A DNA stretch of 62,558 nucleotides, filler included, from Syncephalis fuscata S228 (Eukaryota > Fungi > Zoopagomycota), in assembly GCA_025786725.1 (NCBI GenBank). It is 5 parts of 5 records of this genome, joined end to end, with 100 filler letters (N's around TTAATTAATTAA, not from the genome) between each part and the next. Parts side by side here need not be neighbours in the genome. Positions count along the whole stretch, not along the records: positions 51,548 to 62,558 come from JAHLTZ010000287.1; 4 more parts are not named here. The stretch is one strand, 5' to 3'. The notes beneath the pieces were generated by a model. It saw nothing but the letters and a program-made list of their open reading frames with translations. It was not told the origin of the DNA and searched no databases. This document shows, piece after piece, positions 57,036-62,558 of the stretch; the stretch's first letter is position 1, and every line of letters starts with the position of its first letter. The position numbers and the translations under genes are program-made.

Positions 57036-59060
57036 ATGGTAGTTAAGATTCATCAGCGTATCTACAGCGACGAGGACCCGGCCGCGGTTGATCGCGCGTT
57101 CGAGCTAGCTTGCAGTGCATTTCGACAGGAGTTAGATGCTTACTTGGCGGCAACACCGCGTAAGCCGCGCACTAAAAAATCTCGTCGGGCTAAGTCAATC
57201 ACACCAACAGCAAGACGCGGTGGATTCAAGAAGACGCGAAATGATATCAGTCACGACGACGAAGACGACAAAAGTAATACATTTCAGTTGTCGGCTAATA
57301 ATTCACCGAACACGAAAAAACGTCGGCGTCTTTTATTCATAAAAAGTGACGTGGAAATTCATGAGCCGCACCTTGTGTCACCGATTAAAGAGATGGAGTC
57401 TGGCTATCTTCCTTTATTAATTGATGAGGAAAGTTCCGAAGGTGATAATGACGATGGTGAGGGCGAAGGGGATATAAGCTCAGAGTTGAATCAAGCTGAA
57501 AATCATGGAAGTGACGCGAGTAATGATCAAGAGAATGTTGTACCACTTGGTATGGAGATAGCAACTACTACAACAGATAGTGATTTGAAAAAGGACTTAC
57601 CACGCATAATAAAGGATGAGAAAATACCGACTTTTTCAAATTCATCAGAAGTTGTAAAACTTCTTTCAAATGAATATGGACCGTGTAAGTAATTTTTATA
57701 CGCAATAATAATATTAATAATAATAATGTGTTGTGTTAAATGTCATTGATAGATTTCAAGTTTTCAAATGGATTTGGCTCATTAATGGAATTTAAGCAAC
57801 CTCAAGTGGATCTTATTTATCCCAATGAGCAGACCAATGAATCGTATGTAACTGTTTATTTAGTTATACAAGATTTATCTTAACGATAATTCTTAATACA
57901 CACACACACTATATATACATATACTAGATTCATCTTGTGTGGACCGGTGACGCGTGGCCGACAAGCTATGGATGACCGACAAGCATACGCACCAGTAGAT
58001 GATTTTGTTCAGACTATTGAAGTATTTTGTCGTTATGTATTTCGTTCACGATTAGCACGGCAGATTGGCGGTGAGGTAAAAAGTCCACTAATGGAACTAC
58101 TTGCCGCTAGAGCCACTCACGATGGAGATCGATTTATGACCGCGCTAAAATGGTACACCGAACTTGTACAAACATCACGTACTCATGGCCGTATTATTCG
58201 ACGTCGGCCCCAAGGCGGTGAACTACCATTCGAGCTTGTTTGTCATATCACGTATCAAGTATATAGTCGCATTGTTGCGCCGCAAGTTGAATCGCTACAA
58301 AACTACAAAGGTATGTCATTTGGCCAGTTATTTATCGATTATTTAATCTATACCAATATTAATATTTGCCATAGCATTCTCCAATTTTGTTTATGGGGAA
58401 ATTAATTCACCACTGATGCGAGATATTATACATGAGGCACGTATCTCACACGACTCCGTGTTTATTGATCTGGGCTGCGGTATTGGCAACGTTGTGCTTC
58501 ATGTAGCTGCACAAACGGGATGTGAAGCCTATGGTGTTGAAATCATGAAGACACCTGCTCGACTAGCCCAGTTACAACTACGGGAATTTGAAGCACGTAT
58601 GCGGTAAGTAATTTTATCATAATTACTATGATATACCACACACATGCCTCTTACACTATTGATTAGTGGTTACGGTTTTCCTTGTGGTAAGATCCAAATG
58701 ATCAACGGCGATTTCCTTGAATTGGATCAAGTAGCTCAAATACTGCAACGAGCCGATGTTGTTATGGTTAACAACTATGCATTTGATGCACAGTTAAATC
58801 AGCGACTATTACAACTATTTCTTGATTTAAAGGAGGGCACACGGATTGTTTCACTGCGTAATTTTGTGCCACTTGATCATAAAATTACCGTTAGAAATGC
58901 GGGTAGCACCGAGAGTATTCTTAGTATTACTTCGCATACCTATCCAAGTGGTTCAGTTAGTTGGACAAATAGTGGTGGACAGTATTTTGTGCAAACAGTT
59001 GATAGAACGGCCGTACAACAATTTTGGAAAGATATGGAACGACAAACGTCAACAAATTAA
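57036..59060 (+). CDS. DOT1: Histone H3-K79 methyltransferase Dot1
   Basis: YSRIVAP, FVYGEI, FIDLGCGIGNVV, YGVEI, GDFL, VNNYAF, LKEGTRIVSL, SVSWT. Confidence 0.96.
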
Positions 59061-59740
59061 CGAGTAATCCATTATTAATAGTTTAATCTACTGGTTAAAT
59101 GGTTCTATTTTTATTATTCTACTATAGCTGTAATCTCGCGTTTCCTATCGCCTTTTCGCTCTTTATTAATCACTAACTATGGGCTGCATTTTGACGGCTT
59201 ACTATCCATTCAAACCACCCACCCACTAGTCACCGACCATTATTACTACGAAAAAACTATAGCGTACCATCTGTTTGATCATTTTACTATGTATCCGTGT
59301 TTTAATTATATTAAAACTTTTATCAAAGATTTATACCCCAAAATAGTACCATTAATAAATAAGCGATTTCAATTATAGTCATCAACAATAATCGTAACTA
59401 TGCTTATCCGTATCCTAGTTGTACTACAATATTATGATGAAAGGGGAATACGCTATAGTCAGTTGTGACATGTATATAAGATGATACATATCCTTTGAGT
59501 CATCACATTAACCCGAATCAACTTGCTCTTATAAAACTTCTTTTCAATTTCCGTGTGTTTCTGCCCATAACAGACACAGTGCTTATTCCACCACTTTCTC
59601 AACTCGTCTATTACACATCCTGACTACGGTAGTCTATTCTATTCTACTCTATTACCGTATTTGTTTTTAAAAGCTTTAAGCTTTTCCACCTATTTTTATC
59701 TTTAGTACTGTTTAGACGGTGCATTTTATTAGCTACAGCT

Positions 59741-60134
59741 ATGACTCGTATGTCTTTATTTATGTAAGCTTGCGTGACACTTATAGACTAATCTACACTA
59801 TCTAGGCGGTGATCAACGTGATCGTGCTCGCGAGAAGAATCGCAAAAAGATGGAGAAAGCCGGCAAAGGCAAGAAAGAAGAATCAGGCGCCAGTTTCACC
59901 AAGCGTAAAGAATCGTAAGTAGTATGATTGTTCTTCTAATCTAGCTTAAACAAGTACTAATCGCGTAATAATAATGATAATACAAACTAGCGACGCGGAG
60001 ATTATGCGAGAAAAGCAAAAGGTAAATAGATTAGTTTATTTAATCAAAAGATAGATTAATAGCTATGTACGTGTATCAAATAGAAAGCGCAAGAGAAACG
60101 AGAAGCAGAAGCGGCAGCAGCAGGCAAGAAATAA
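59741..60134 (+). CDS. SERF: SERF / 4F5 family small EDRK-rich factor (4 exons, missing from the ORF track)
   Basis: Spliced protein MTR-GDQRDRAREKNRKKMEKAGKGKKEESGASFTKRKES-DAEIMREKQK-KAQEKREAEAAAAGKK*. Confidence 0.92.
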
Positions 60135-60187
60135 CTCATTAAAAGAAATAGTCAATTTATATCGAATACCGATTTATATTGGTATTT

Positions 60188-60206
60188 CTATTCAAATGGT
60201 TGTTGT

Positions 60207-60238
<32 letters not shown>

Positions 60239-61175
60239 TTTCGTCTAAATTACAATAAAGCAATTAATATTAATATGTTGATTAATAACACGGTATTTAC
60301 CTGATGAATTGCTGTGTAATAACCTGCATAATACCATGCCATCACCATGTTCATTGTATCTGGATCTAAATGATTTATCAGTTACTATTAGATTAATAAT
60401 AATGTCAATGTTATTGATTAGATAATACCTTGAGGAAATGTTGGATGAGATGATGAAGTAAATGGATTGTAATGCTAATTAGATTGATACATTAGTATTA
60501 TTAAGTATTATTAGATGATGATTACTTACTGGTGGATATTGTTCATTTGTAGAATATTCATAATAACTGGGCTGTCCCAATGGATCTGTTTCCATTTCAT
60601 TAATTTTTGTATTGCTATCTGGAATAGTATCAGAATTTGTTGTTACTGGATTTGTTTTACTAGGTGTATTACTATCAGGTTGAACTGTATTGGTTGTTGA
60701 CGTGTTTTCTATTTGTGTTTTAGTTTGTTTGCGTTGGTATTGGCTACTATAATATAATAAGCATTATTTATATATTAAATATCTATGAACCACTTACGGA
60801 ATACGTCTAAGCTTTCTTTTTGACTTGTTTACAGTATTGTCTTGTCTATTATTGGCGTGATATGTCTAATCCCTCGTTTAATTACTACATAATAAATAAT
60901 AATCTATTAGTTACCTGATATTCATGAACTGCAGCATCCCATGCTTCAATAAGCGCGCTATCATCCCATACATCATCTTCGTTGGTATTTTCACTTGACT
61001 TGGCCTGTTCGTAGTTGTCTTCACGATTATAGGATATGGGCGCGTCATTGAATAGTGTTGGTTCGTTTTGGACTGCATCCAGATCTACATAGCCTGTAGG
61101 ACGCACAGCTGGTTCGTAATCTGCCTCATATGCTGCCTCATAGGCATCAAGCGCTGTATTGTGGCTATCTACCAT
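60188..61175 (-). CDS. SMN: Survival motor neuron protein (fungal type, no obvious Tudor domain)
   Basis: Gemin2-binding DVWDDSALIEAWDAAVHEYQ, YG-box MNMVMAWYYAGYYTAIHQ, polyQ tail. Confidence 0.9.
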
Positions 61176-61333
61176 AATAAAGACAATGATATACTAGTGA
61201 TATACTTTACAAAGAAATGCGCTATGTTAAAAAAACAATAGATTGAATTCGTTGAGAAATAAATACACTGGTGCAATCATTGTCACTATTACTCGTTGTT
61301 TTTCATTCCACCTTTCTTTAATATAACTACACG

Positions 61334-62558
61334 ATGTATAGTGTGGCAAAGGACTTTATGGGCAAGGCTGCACCGCCCAACTATGTGGCAGGTCTTGGTC
61401 GCGGGTATGTTATAGGTGCAAACTAGAAGTGAATTTCCGTAGACTAACCTAGCTATTGTTCCGTCATTTAGTGCTACTGGATTCACAACGCGATCAGATA
61501 TTGGTCCAGCGCGAGAACCGCCAAGGTAGGCGACATCATAACTAGCCATCTATTACTAACAAATATACAATTGGATATAGCGAGGCTGCAATGGCAGCAG
61601 CTGCGGCGCAGATGCAACAAGATAAGGAAACTGAACCAGACCAGTATCAGGATCCAGATAATGAGGTTGGCCTGTTTAGTTCAATCCCTTATGAAGAGGA
61701 TGACGAAGAGGCCGACCGTATTTATGACGAGGTCGATAAAACGATGGATGAACGGCGTCGAGTTCGACGAGAGGCACGCGAGAAGGAAGAACTATTACGT
61801 TATCGAAAAGAGCGACCAAAGATTCAACAGCAATTTGCTGATTTAAAACGAGGATTAGCCGATGTCACCGACGATGAATGGGCCAATTTACCCGAGGTGG
61901 GCGATTTAGTTGGCAAGAATCGACGGGCCCGTGCCAATCGTATGGGTGACCGTTTTACACCATTGCCTGACTCGGTTCTACTTCGAGCGAAGGAATCAAG
62001 TCAAATGACCACAATGTTAGACGAGAGTGAACAAGTAAGTTATACTGAATACTAGATTAGAATGGATAGGATGGCTGATTAATTATCTATATAGAAATAC
62101 GGCAATAGTGGACTTGCTACACCGATGGACTCTGGCACAATGACGGATTTCATTGAAATTGGACAAGCTCGTGACAAAATGTTGGGCATGAAATTGGATC
62201 AGGTAAGATAGATTTGCATATATCTAATTGGTATTAATAATAAAATATTAGGCATCTGATTCTGTAACAGGTCAATCGGTTATTGATCCTAAAGGCTATC
62301 TTACAAATCTAGATAGTGTAATTATTAAAAATGATGCAGAGATTGGGTAAGTAAATTAAAACGTAGAATTCAATTTGAATAGTAAATCAATATTAATTGT
62401 TTATTAGGGATATTAAAAAGGCCCGATTACTATTGAAATCGGTCATTACTACTAATCCGAAACATGCACCAGGTAATTATTATAGATGAAGTGTATAAAT
62501 ATAATATTAATAGCTGCACTTGTAATTAGGCTGGATTGCTGCAACTCGACTAGAAGAA
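61334..62558 (+). CDS. PRP6: Pre-mRNA splicing factor Prp6 (5' part, runs off the window)
   Basis: [75 protein letters not shown]. Confidence 0.97.

Overview
AT-rich, intron-dense eukaryotic DNA from an early-diverging fungus. The long, divergent rDNA, 45-70 nt introns and gene content suggest Zoopagomycota, perhaps Syncephalis-like (inference). The window is five contigs joined by artificial N-TTAATTAATTAA-N linkers. Contig 1 (1-10468) is a non-coding ~8.8 kb palindrome: two ~3.76 kb arms and a 1.3 kb spacer, capped on both sides by a 22-bp G/C-strand-biased minisatellite. Contig 2 holds a site-2 protease gene, an FHA-like/CAMK-type kinase on a 6.6 kb segment bracketed by a 436-bp duplication of the S2P 5' end, and NUP98-NUP96. 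Contig 3 is an rDNA unit (18S-5.8S-28S plus spacer repeats). Contig 4 has a nested palindrome array, back-to-back copies of a dispersed TIR-like repeat, SIZ1/PIAS, a WBP2-like gene, NUR1/Mug154 and tRNA-Thr(AGT). Contig 5 has a signal-peptide multi-TM receptor-like gene, an alpha/beta hydrolase, DOT1, SERF, SMN and PRP6. Several single-base indels in conserved genes look like consensus errors. CDS coordinates are whole gene spans including introns, read by eye.
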